Positions 32,590 through 39,881 of a stretch of 51,184 nucleotides of DNA are shown one piece after another. Numbering within the stretch: the first letter of the stretch is position 1; every line of letters starts with the position of its first letter. The position numbers and the translations under genes are program-made. Source of the DNA: an uncultured Candidatus Saccharibacteria bacterium. Lineage in GTDB: Bacteria > Patescibacteriota > Minisyncoccia > Phycocordibacterales > UBA918. The notes below the pieces were generated by a model. That model saw only the letters and a program-made list of their open reading frames with translations. It ran no database searches and was not told the DNA's origin. The DNA lies in contig CAZXUO010000002.1 in the NCBI GenBank assembly GCA_964643955.1, positions 110,691-161,874 of the forward strand, in the 5' to 3' direction.

Positions 32590-33033
32590 ATGAAAAAGAT
32601 TTTGTTGGTTGGACTCCTTGTCGGAGTAATTGGCGTACTGCTCGTGATGTTTTTTCCGAGAAAGGATGTTGAGCTCGATGATGTTTCTCACGGTACGCCG
32701 TCGACGCCTATTGTTTTTGATTGGGACTTTGTGGAAGCTGAAACGCTAAACTCAGACGGTTTGCCACAGACCGAGGTCTATCTGTCCATTGCTGATGAAC
32801 GGAAATTGGTTGATGTGGTCGATGGAGGCTGTTCTGAAATACCTGATGAGAAATATGAATTAGATATTTCTACGACGGGAAAAGTGCAGTGCTACTACGG
32901 GGGTCTTGGCCGGCAGTATCGTATCGTAAAGGACGGAGATGCTTTTGCTGTTGAGCGAAAACTCTTTGAAGAGGCACTGCCTGACGTCGCGCCGCAAGAG
33001 CATGAGTGGGAAGTGGTGACTGTACTTGAGTAG
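32590..33033 (+). CDS. Membrane-anchored hypothetical protein
   Basis: MKKILLVG signal-anchor and two Cys. Confidence 0.75.
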   Translation: MKKILLVGLLVGVIGVLLVMFFPRKDVELDDVSHGTPSTPIVFDWDFVEAETLNSDGLPQTEVYLSIADERKLVDVVDGGCSEIPDEKYELDISTTGKVQCYYGGLGRQYRIVKDGDAFAVERKLFEEALPDVAPQEHEWEVVTVLE

Positions 33034-33058
33034 TCTTGAGTTCATATAAAAACAGAAT

Positions 33059-33088
33059 CGCCCGACAGGTCGGGCGACCTGTCGGGCG
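33059..33088. terminator. Nested inverted repeat between convergent genes
   Basis: CGCCCGACAGGTCG-gg-CGACCTGTCGGGCG. Confidence 0.7.
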
Positions 33089-33099
33089 TCGGTCAGTTT

Positions 33100-33459
33100 T
33101 CAGCTGACTTTATTGGTGATGCGGATTGCATCGAACTCACGTAAATCATCGTCTTGGCCAGACCAAGGGATGTAAGCGGTTTTGAGGCGGAGCGGATAGA
33201 CTTCGACCGTGAATCTTTGAGCGACCTCTGCCAGCTTCTGCCAGAGGGGATCACATGGCTTGATTATTGCCGCGGAGCCGTTCGCGAAATTGATGGTGAA
33301 GACTCCATCGTTGTCACCGTTTAGCCAAGCCGCATGCTCCTCGTGAGTGAGGACCCGCAGGGCACCGGTTCTGCACCAAACATGCCAGTTGTGTACATGA
33401 CCTCGTTCGGGCATGAACTTTCCCTCTTTATATACCCGATCTCCGATGAGAAATGACAT
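33100..33459 (-). CDS. Hypothetical protein
   Basis: G-rich SD; TTGACA-17-CATTGT upstream (33505-33533). Confidence 0.65.
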   Translation of the reverse strand: MSFLIGDRVYKEGKFMPERGHVHNWHVWCRTGALRVLTHEEHAAWLNGDNDGVFTINFANGSAAIIKPCDPLWQKLAEVAQRFTVEVYPLRLKTAYIPWSGQDDDLREFDAIRITNKVS

Positions 33460-33618
33460 CTATACCCCCGTTTCCATCTCATGTGAGTAGGAGCGCTGTA
33501 CGGTACAATGCGTCATATTCGATAATCTGTCAAGTTTTGAGCGTCGCGTGCTGGACGAGTTTCGAACCTTGGATAAGTCTTGAAAAGATTTACAGTATTT
33601 TGATTTGGAATTGAAAAG

Positions 33619-33660
33619 GCCGCCACATCGTGACGACCTTTTCGGTCGAGATGTGACGGC
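33619..33660 (-). terminator. Bulged hairpin terminator
   Basis: GCCGcCACATC...CGACC-tttt(c)-GGTCG..GATGTGaCGGC followed by TTTT on the minus strand. Confidence 0.65.
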
Positions 33661-33661
33661 T

Positions 33662-33991
33662 TCAGCTGATCAGTTGCCACCAACCGTAGATGATGGCAAA
33701 ACCTGCCGTTACCAGAACGAGGCCGACGGCGAGAAACATCCTGTCGAGATCTCTTCCCTGACTCGACATGTCCTCGGTGTTGGCTCGATAGAAGTTAGCC
33801 ATCGCCCAACCATCTCCACGGTCCAGCGATTCTTTGTAAATCTGATCAGCCAACTGCTTGTCAGCTTTTTTCTCTGCCTCGGACACAGGACGACCTACGC
33901 CAACCATGAGGCTGCCAAGAATCATCTTGACACCATAGTAGATGCAACCCACGCCAGAGGCCAGAAAAGTCAGAATGAACACATTCTTCAT
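33662..33991 (-). CDS. Two-TM hypothetical membrane protein
   Basis: GGAGGG SD, N- and C-terminal TMs, TTGACA at 34041-46. Confidence 0.7.
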   Translation of the reverse strand: MKNVFILTFLASGVGCIYYGVKMILGSLMVGVGRPVSEAEKKADKQLADQIYKESLDRGDGWAMANFYRANTEDMSSQGRDLDRMFLAVGLVLVTAGFAIIYGWWQLIS

Positions 33992-34084
33992 TTCGGGACC
34001 CTCCAGTTTTCAAATACCATGTACACTATTTATTGTGTATTGTCAAGTAATGCTCCGTGGGTAAGCAAAGCTTGCTCGGAAATG

Positions 34085-34105
34085 AAAAAGTCCCCAGAAG
34101 GGGAC
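34085..34105 (-). terminator. Terminator downstream of tRNA-Asn
   Basis: GTCCCC-agaa-GGGGAC with a T5 tail on the minus strand. Confidence 0.75.
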
Positions 34106-34164
34106 ATTTTCTTTTCACTCACTCGGCTCCGCGGGTAGGATTCGAACCTACGACCAATGCGTTA

Positions 34165-34742
34165 CTCGTGCTCCACTACTTTCGTAGGGTGAGGACTATA
34201 TCATCACCCTTTATGAGGGTGCGAGGCGCTTCCCATTTCAAACATTTGAAACAGTACTCCGTAAAGGATAGTCTCTGAACCTTTCCCAATTTGCATCGGG
34301 ACTTGGCTGCTGATTACCCTCGTCTGATTACGTTAGGGCTTCCAGCAATTCACCTCGTTTTCATTCCTAGGTTTCCCTAGGAAGCTGCGTAATGCCGCCA
34401 TGAATTTCTCTGTGACAGTTTGCACACACAAGAATGCATTTGTCTGCTTCGGCTTTAATCTTTTCCCACGATCTCGTGAGACCTTGCATCGCTAGTCCAA
34501 ATTCTTTCTTTGAACCATCGATATGGTGCAGATCAAATGCTCCAACGTACTTCTTGTAGCCGCATACCGTACAGGAACCCCCTTTATATTCAACGACCAT
34601 TTCCTTTAGCTTTTTTCTTCGCTTGGCAACGGCGTTGATGAGGTATTCTCGGCGGTCGGAATATGTTCTCTTTTCAATTCGCTTCTGTGGCATACCTAAT
34701 AAAGTATACCGCAGCAGTATTGTTGAATAAGAACATGAGTTC
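34165..34742 (-). mobile_element. Group I self-splicing intron (578 nt, IA-like) at anticodon position 35/36
   Basis: P AATTGCTGGAAG (34350-39), Q AATCAGCAGCC (34315-05), R GTTCAGAGACTA (34280-69), S GATATAGTCC (34202-193), P3 CGAGGTG/CGCCTCG, P7 GACTA/TAGTC, GAAA-capped P2 and P9, terminal G; upstream exon ends in U. Confidence 0.93.
34367..34693 (-). CDS. Intron-encoded HNH endonuclease (putative homing endonuclease), 108 aa
   Basis: CTVCG...DLHHID...CILVCANCHREIH; TATACT 9 nt before ATG 34693. Confidence 0.88.
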   Translation of the reverse strand: MPQKRIEKRTYSDRREYLINAVAKRRKKLKEMVVEYKGGSCTVCGYKKYVGAFDLHHIDGSKKEFGLAMQGLTRSWEKIKAEADKCILVCANCHREIHGGITQLPRET

Positions 34743-34777
34743 ACAGCGCACTGCTCTACCACTGAGCTACCGCGGAA

Positions 34778-34915
34778 TGGAGGAGGATTCTAAAAGTGTA
34801 CTTTTAGGATTTCTCCGAATGATGCGGTATGCGTATGCATACCGCGGAATGGTATCGTGTGCCTCGCGGTATGCGGATGCATACCGCGAGGCACATATCC
34901 GTCTTAAAACGGATA
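34778..34915. repeat. Cluster of four inverted repeats upstream of tRNA-Asn
   Basis: Two copies of GCGGTATGC-N4-GCATACCGC (34824-45, and inside a 17-bp stem at 34858-95), plus flanking hairpins. Confidence 0.75.
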
Positions 34916-34972
34916 GAGGCATTGTACCCGAAAAAAACCAGTGTTCAAGCGCCATGATATAATAGTGCTGAT

Positions 34973-35557
34973 ATGCGCGCTGCATATGCGATTCTCGGCC
35001 TCGCCTTCATCATTCTCTTTTTAGGAGGATATCTGCTCATACAGCGGGGCGAGGGGCCAGAAGATGTATACCGCGCACCTGAAATTCCTATGTTTACGCT
35101 CACGTCACCATCGTTTGTAGAAGGAGGTGCGATACCGATGCGGTATACGTGTGATGGGGCTGGTGTTCGACCGCCGCTCTCTATCGATGGAGCGCCTGCG
35201 GGGACGGTCTCTTTTGCACTCACGATGCACGATCCCGACATACCCCAGTCGGCAAAAGAGAGTCTGGGGGTTGAGGCATTTGATCATTGGGTACTCTTCA
35301 ATATTCCGGCAGAGACCTCAATGATACGTGAGGAGGGAGAGTTGCACGGTATCGAAGGGAAGAGTACGCGTGGAGAAGGATACGTCGGGCCATGTCCGCC
35401 TGACGGGGAACATCGGTATTTTTTCACGGTCTACGCGCTCGATACTATGTTGCCGCTCGATGCATCCGCGACTCGTGCAGATGTAGAAGCGGCGATCGAA
35501 GGACACGTACTCAAGAAGGCCGAGCTCATGGGAGTTTATACACGAACGAATCAATAA
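34973..35557 (+). CDS. YbhB/YbcL (PEBP family) protein with N-terminal TM
   Basis: RYTCDG, MHDPD, FDHWVLFNIP, GPCPP, HRYFFTVYALD. Confidence 0.92.
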   Translation: MRAAYAILGLAFIILFLGGYLLIQRGEGPEDVYRAPEIPMFTLTSPSFVEGGAIPMRYTCDGAGVRPPLSIDGAPAGTVSFALTMHDPDIPQSAKESLGVEAFDHWVLFNIPAETSMIREEGELHGIEGKSTRGEGYVGPCPPDGEHRYFFTVYALDTMLPLDASATRADVEAAIEGHVLKKAELMGVYTRTNQ

Positions 35558-35558
35558 T

Positions 35559-35840
35559 ATGCTCACACTTTACGTAAAGACCGGTTGTCCATTTTGCGCC
35601 ATGGTGCTCCACAAGCTCGATGAGCTCGCACTTCCGTTTGAAGAAAAAAATATTGCGGATGAAGGTGTGAGCGAGGAGCTTATCGCGCGCGGCGGCAAGC
35701 GACAAGCGCCGTATCTCGTTGATGCGGAATGTAATGTCGAGATGTATGAGTCTGCTGATATTGTGGAATATCTTGATAAACGTTTTGGAGAGGGTGGGGC
35801 AAAAGCGGATGGTGCTCCACAAGTCTGTCCGGTGGAGTAA
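35559..35840 (+). CDS. Glutaredoxin-like protein
   Basis: CPFC, GGKRQAPYLVD, MYESADIVEYL. Confidence 0.9.
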   Translation: MLTLYVKTGCPFCAMVLHKLDELALPFEEKNIADEGVSEELIARGGKRQAPYLVDAECNVEMYESADIVEYLDKRFGEGGAKADGAPQVCPVE

Positions 35841-35843
35841 TAT

Positions 35844-36068
35844 ATGTATGTACGCGCGCGAGTAGTTGCGGGTGCAAAGAAAGAGAAAGTTGAACGGGTG
35901 AGTGACGATCACTTTGACATTAGCGTACGAGAGCCGGCAGAACGCAATCTCGCCAATGGGCGCGTACGCGAAATCATTGCCGATGCGTGTGGTGTTTCAG
36001 TTTCGTCGGTGCGCATCGTCTCCGGCCATCATTCGCCGTCAAAGATTATGAGCGTTGATAATGGTTAA
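35844..36068 (+). CDS. DUF167 (YggU-like) protein
   Basis: V.EPAERNLAN...V.IVSGH.S..K. Confidence 0.85.
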   Translation: MYVRARVVAGAKKEKVERVSDDHFDISVREPAERNLANGRVREIIADACGVSVSSVRIVSGHHSPSKIMSVDNG

Positions 36069-36071
36069 CCT

Positions 36072-36446
36072 ATGAACACATTTCCACGCATTACACTGAA
36101 GACGACCAACTTTGAGTCTACTCCGCACATCGAGCGATTGCTTGATAAGCGGTTGGGGACGCTCGGAAAGTTTGTACCAGATTATGAAACTGCACGGACG
36201 TGTGACGTAGAGCTCGAACGACTGACTGGCCAACAGACAGGAAAGATATTTCGTGCAGAAGTGAATCTACAAGTCGGCGGAACGCTCTTTCGCGCGGAGG
36301 CGACGGCAGAGCGCATGGAAGATGCGATCGAACAAGCGAAGAACGAATTGAAATCAGAAATTATCCGGAAGACCGGGAAGCGCAAGAGTCTCTTTAAGCG
36401 GGGTGCGCAGCGCATCAAAGAAATGATGCGGTTTGGTGGGGAGTAG
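36072..36446 (+). CDS. Ribosome hibernation promoting factor / RaiA family
   Basis: TN...TP.I......RL..L, AEVNL, AEAT...M..AI pattern. Confidence 0.85.
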   Translation: MNTFPRITLKTTNFESTPHIERLLDKRLGTLGKFVPDYETARTCDVELERLTGQQTGKIFRAEVNLQVGGTLFRAEATAERMEDAIEQAKNELKSEIIRKTGKRKSLFKRGAQRIKEMMRFGGE

Positions 36447-36451
36447 GGTGT

Positions 36452-36494
36452 AGAAAAAAGCGCGGAGGGCCAGAGGCCCTCCGCGCTTTTTTCT
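36452..36494. terminator. Bidirectional terminator
   Basis: AGAAAAAAGCGCGGAGGGCC-aga-GGCCCTCCGCGCTTTTTTCT. Confidence 0.9.
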
Positions 36495-37359
36495 ATGTAT
36501 TTCCTCGAAGGAAATCTTCGTACGCCATTTCTTTTTTTCCTTCAGGAATGACACGCAGAAGCGTGAGTGATCCATCGTCTGCGATTTCTGCGTCGAGGAC
36601 TTTTACGCGCATCTTTTTTCCGTTGCGCTCATGGAAGAAATACGTGCCCGGCCAGCCCTCATACGCTCGGATCTTGAGAAGGTTTTGATAGGGATCAGCG
36701 GTGAGATCGAGCTCGCCCATTTCTTTGGTGATTTTTTCTGAGAAGGTTGCTTCGGCATCGTCTTGTGGTTCAGGTGTGACCTCGCCCGCAATCCATGCAG
36801 GAATAGTTTCTACAAGGAGTTCGCCGCCGGCGTGCGCCATGAGTTCTTCAAACATCGTTGCGCGTGGTGGCCAGTCTTCCGCTTCAAGCTCGATGCGCGC
36901 TTGTGCGAGTACCGGGCCATGATCGAGCTCCTCATCCATGAGCATGATCGAGATGCCCGTCGCGCGCGTATCAGTGAGGATCGCAGAGCGAATCGGACTT
37001 GCGCCGCGAAACTTCGACAAGAGCGACGGATGTACATTGAGCGTTCCGTATTTTGGAATATCGAGAATTGCCTTCGGAAGTATTTTGCCGTATGAGGCCA
37101 CAATAAAGAGATCCCATTCAGTATTTAAAAGTGGAGCAACCTCAGCATCATGCTTGAGCGATGCTGGCTGCAGTACCGCAATATTTTCTTTTTCTGCCCA
37201 GACCTTTGCGGGTGGTGGCGTGAGGACGAGGTTGCGACCTTGTGGCTCATCCGGCGTCGTGATGATGAGTGCCGGCGAGAGTCCTGCGCTTTTGAGTGCG
37301 TCAAGGATGGTGGTTGCAAAGACAGGAGTGCCAAAGAAAACGATAGTTGGTTTTTTCAT
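36493..37359 (-). CDS. fmt: Methionyl-tRNA formyltransferase
   Basis: FFGTP.FA, ASYGKIL, NVHPSLL..FRGASPI, LDHGP. Confidence 0.97.
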   Translation of the reverse strand: MKKPTIVFFGTPVFATTILDALKSAGLSPALIITTPDEPQGRNLVLTPPPAKVWAEKENIAVLQPASLKHDAEVAPLLNTEWDLFIVASYGKILPKAILDIPKYGTLNVHPSLLSKFRGASPIRSAILTDTRATGISIMLMDEELDHGPVLAQARIELEAEDWPPRATMFEELMAHAGGELLVETIPAWIAGEVTPEPQDDAEATFSEKITKEMGELDLTADPYQNLLKIRAYEGWPGTYFFHERNGKKMRVKVLDAEIADDGSLTLLRVIPEGKKEMAYEDFLRGNT

Positions 37360-37362
37360 ATA

Positions 37363-37902
37363 TTAGTTCTTCTCTGCGGTACGGAGCTTGTCGAGTTCTG
37401 CTTTGCTATAAATCTCGTCGGCGCGATCGACAAAGAGAATACCGTCGAGATGATCGACTTCGTGTTGGAATATTTGTGCGAGAAGTCCGGATGCGCCGCG
37501 CTCGTACTCGTTGCCGTTTTCGTCGTATGCGCGGAGTGTTGCGTGTGTCGAGCGTGTTACTTTGCCGTATTCGTCGGGCACCGAGAGGCAGCCTTCGCTT
37601 AAGAGTGTCTTCGTGCGTGAGAGCTTCATGATGCGCGGATTGATCGCGACGAGCGTCGGAAGGAGTTCTTCGTCCTCCTCACGTGTGGTGCTCGTATCCT
37701 CGACGAGGAATATACGAAGGGGTACGCCGATCTGTGGTGCGGCGATAGCGACGCCGGTAAAGCCTTCTGATTTATAGGAATGGAGGGCAGCACGCATATC
37801 TTTGAGCACCTTTTTTATAGGTGCGCTCGTGATGTCTTTTATCGGCACTTCCTCGGCAATAGCGTGGAGTGCGGCATGGGATTGGGGGACGAGTTTCGCC
37901 AT
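37363..37902 (-). CDS. def: Peptide deformylase
   Basis: GVAIAAPQIG, EGCLS, QHEVDHLDG. Confidence 0.97.
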   Translation of the reverse strand: MAKLVPQSHAALHAIAEEVPIKDITSAPIKKVLKDMRAALHSYKSEGFTGVAIAAPQIGVPLRIFLVEDTSTTREEDEELLPTLVAINPRIMKLSRTKTLLSEGCLSVPDEYGKVTRSTHATLRAYDENGNEYERGASGLLAQIFQHEVDHLDGILFVDRADEIYSKAELDKLRTAEKN

Positions 37903-37933
37903 CTGGATATACTACAGTCTTATATATGTTCGT

Positions 37934-39814
37934 CTAGGTGATGCGGTCGGGATTGATGGTGATGCGGATTGACGGCGGCAAGGAGCGGAGCGCGTCGACG
38001 AGCGAGTCTTCGGGCCAGAGCCCGCGGCGCTGCCGAATGAGACCGTAGCCGATTTTGTCTTCCGCCGCGGGCGCACCATACACCATGACGCCGAAACGTT
38101 CGAGTACTTCGACGACCTGCGTGCCGAGCGTGTCAGCCGCATCCTTTTTCCATGCGAGGTGAATGAACGTGCTGTAGGGAGGGTATAAAAATTCTTCACG
38201 CGCGGCGAGCTCATCGGTATAGAAATCCGCAGTCGCGCCTTTTTGTGCGTACCGGATGAGGTCGTCGTCTCCGGTACGTGTTTGTGCAAAGACATAGCCG
38301 ATGGTTTTTTCGCGGAGTGTAAGGAGGACGCCGAGCGCTTCTTCTTGCTGGCGCCACGAAGGAGTTGCGCGCAGTGCATCCATGTTGATCACGGCACTCA
38401 TGTCTATCGGAGTGTTGAGGTAGGGGAGTGCGAGTGCGGTGCCGAGAAGGATCGTCTGTTTGCGACTATAAAATTCATCACGGATGGTCTGCGCCTTTTT
38501 GTGCGTACTTGCAGTGTCGCTGTCGAGCACGAGTACATCTTCTTTGGGTACATGCTTGATGAGTTCGTCGTACATGTGTTGAATGCCGATGCCACGCTCG
38601 CGGAGTCGCCAGCTTCCGCAGTTGGCGCAGAGATCGCTCGCGCGTCGCTTGAAGCCCGAGACGCTCGAGACAAACCAGCGCTCTTCTTTTCCATTTCGTA
38701 CGGTGCGCATGAGCGCGAGTGGCGCGCCAGAATCAGGACAGCGAAGGATGGTTCCGCAGTCGACGCAGGCAACGAGCGGAGAAAGTCCGCGCCGTGCACT
38801 AAAGAGAAACGCGCGACCGTGCACGGCGCGGACTTTCTGTATGGTCGACAACAAAATATCTGAGAAGAGCACAAACGGTGTTTGTCCGTCAGGCTTTTCA
38901 TTCATCGCAATCGTCTTTAGAGTTCCCGGCAGCACGATGCGCTTCGGATGATCGTCGTGCGGCGATGCAAAATCATTTCGAAGCAGAAACTCGTCTTCGG
39001 TGCGGATGAGCGTGTCGGCAGAGATTACGTGTGCGCCGATGATCCGTGCGTGCGTGTCTATGGCGTGTCGAAAATCAAGGTAGGGGCGTATGCGACTGCG
39101 GTATGCAAACGAACGCGATCGGTCGAGTATAAACGTGCCGACATCATTTCTGTTCCAGAGTGCATGCTGCGGTGTTGTGACAATAAGCATGGGGTGGTCA
39201 TGCGTTGCCATTTTTTGGTACGCATTCCGAAGTGTCGTTACACTCATACCGCTGTAGGTGCGGACGGCGTGCTTTTCGATGCCCGCAGAAAGCTTTGGGA
39301 AGAGCTGCGCATTGTCTTCTGAGGTCGGCACAACAAGTACGACTGACTTTTTGCGTGCAAAGGATGCGCGGATGATGCTCTGGTAATTGAGGATGCGACC
39401 ATCGCTCGGTGCTTGGAGTACTTCGTAGTGGTATTCTTCAGGATCATTTGCTGCGCTCGTTTGTTCGCCGACTTCAATCGCACCATTGCGTATTTCGCTC
39501 GGGAGTAGTGCAAAGAGTACTGCACCTGCTTGTGCGGCATAATACTCGGCGAGTGTGTCCGCTGTTGTGATGAGTGATTCAGGAAGCGTGTAGATATGGT
39601 CTTGAACCGGAAGTTTGCGCAAAGAAAATGTTGCGCTCCGAAGCGCGGTCTTTGCAGCAGAGACGCCTTCGCATGAGAGGACGACTCCTTGGGTTTGTTG
39701 TTTGCGGAGGGGAATTTCAAGGAGTGTGCCGCGCGGATACGGGGTTTTTGAGAAGTATGAGAGGGCGCCGTGGTGCATACCGCGGCGCATCGGAATGACT
39801 TCGATGACGTACAT
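37934..39814 (-). CDS. priA: PriA-like primosomal protein with degenerate helicase motifs
   Basis: PriA-type N-terminus (YFS...G....IPLR), RRG..P...CxxCG region, C-terminal R....YPP; no GxGKT or DEEH. Confidence 0.8.
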   Translation of the reverse strand: MYVIEVIPMRRGMHHGALSYFSKTPYPRGTLLEIPLRKQQTQGVVLSCEGVSAAKTALRSATFSLRKLPVQDHIYTLPESLITTADTLAEYYAAQAGAVLFALLPSEIRNGAIEVGEQTSAANDPEEYHYEVLQAPSDGRILNYQSIIRASFARKKSVVLVVPTSEDNAQLFPKLSAGIEKHAVRTYSGMSVTTLRNAYQKMATHDHPMLIVTTPQHALWNRNDVGTFILDRSRSFAYRSRIRPYLDFRHAIDTHARIIGAHVISADTLIRTEDEFLLRNDFASPHDDHPKRIVLPGTLKTIAMNEKPDGQTPFVLFSDILLSTIQKVRAVHGRAFLFSARRGLSPLVACVDCGTILRCPDSGAPLALMRTVRNGKEERWFVSSVSGFKRRASDLCANCGSWRLRERGIGIQHMYDELIKHVPKEDVLVLDSDTASTHKKAQTIRDEFYSRKQTILLGTALALPYLNTPIDMSAVINMDALRATPSWRQQEEALGVLLTLREKTIGYVFAQTRTGDDDLIRYAQKGATADFYTDELAAREEFLYPPYSTFIHLAWKKDAADTLGTQVVEVLERFGVMVYGAPAAEDKIGYGLIRQRRGLWPEDSLVDALRSLPPSIRITINPDRIT

Positions 39815-39881
39815 GTGCCCCTAGTGTACCAAATGCGCCTTATTCGTTTGTCGGGGCTTTATTTCAGTGTAGAATGTGCGG

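Larger units (their letters stand above)
34127..34776 (-). tRNA. tRNA-Asn(GUU), split; 5' exon 34776-34743, 3' exon 34164-34127
   Basis: Joined exons TCCGCGG TA GCTC AGTGGTA GAGC A GTGCG CTGT^TAA CGCAT TGGTC GTAGG TTCGAAT CCTAC CCGCGGA G form a complete cloverleaf with G73; genome reads CCG after it, so CCA is not fully encoded. Confidence 0.93.

Noticed and set aside
33557-33569. T-loop-like GGTTCGAAAC on the minus strand, as a tRNA remnant
   Set aside because: The flanks do not form a T-stem and do not match the tRNA-Asn 3' end
27635-34134. GCTCCGCGG shared by the tRNA 3' end (34126-34) and 27635-43, as possible attL/attR sites
   Set aside because: Only 9 bp and largely a GC palindrome; no integrase is present, and the interval includes core-type genes such as mltG
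33605-34138. 177-aa plus-strand ORF
   Set aside because: It is antisense to the two-TM gene and runs into the tRNA 3' exon
34778-34915. CRISPR array
   Set aside because: Only two palindrome copies, no regular spacers and no cas genes
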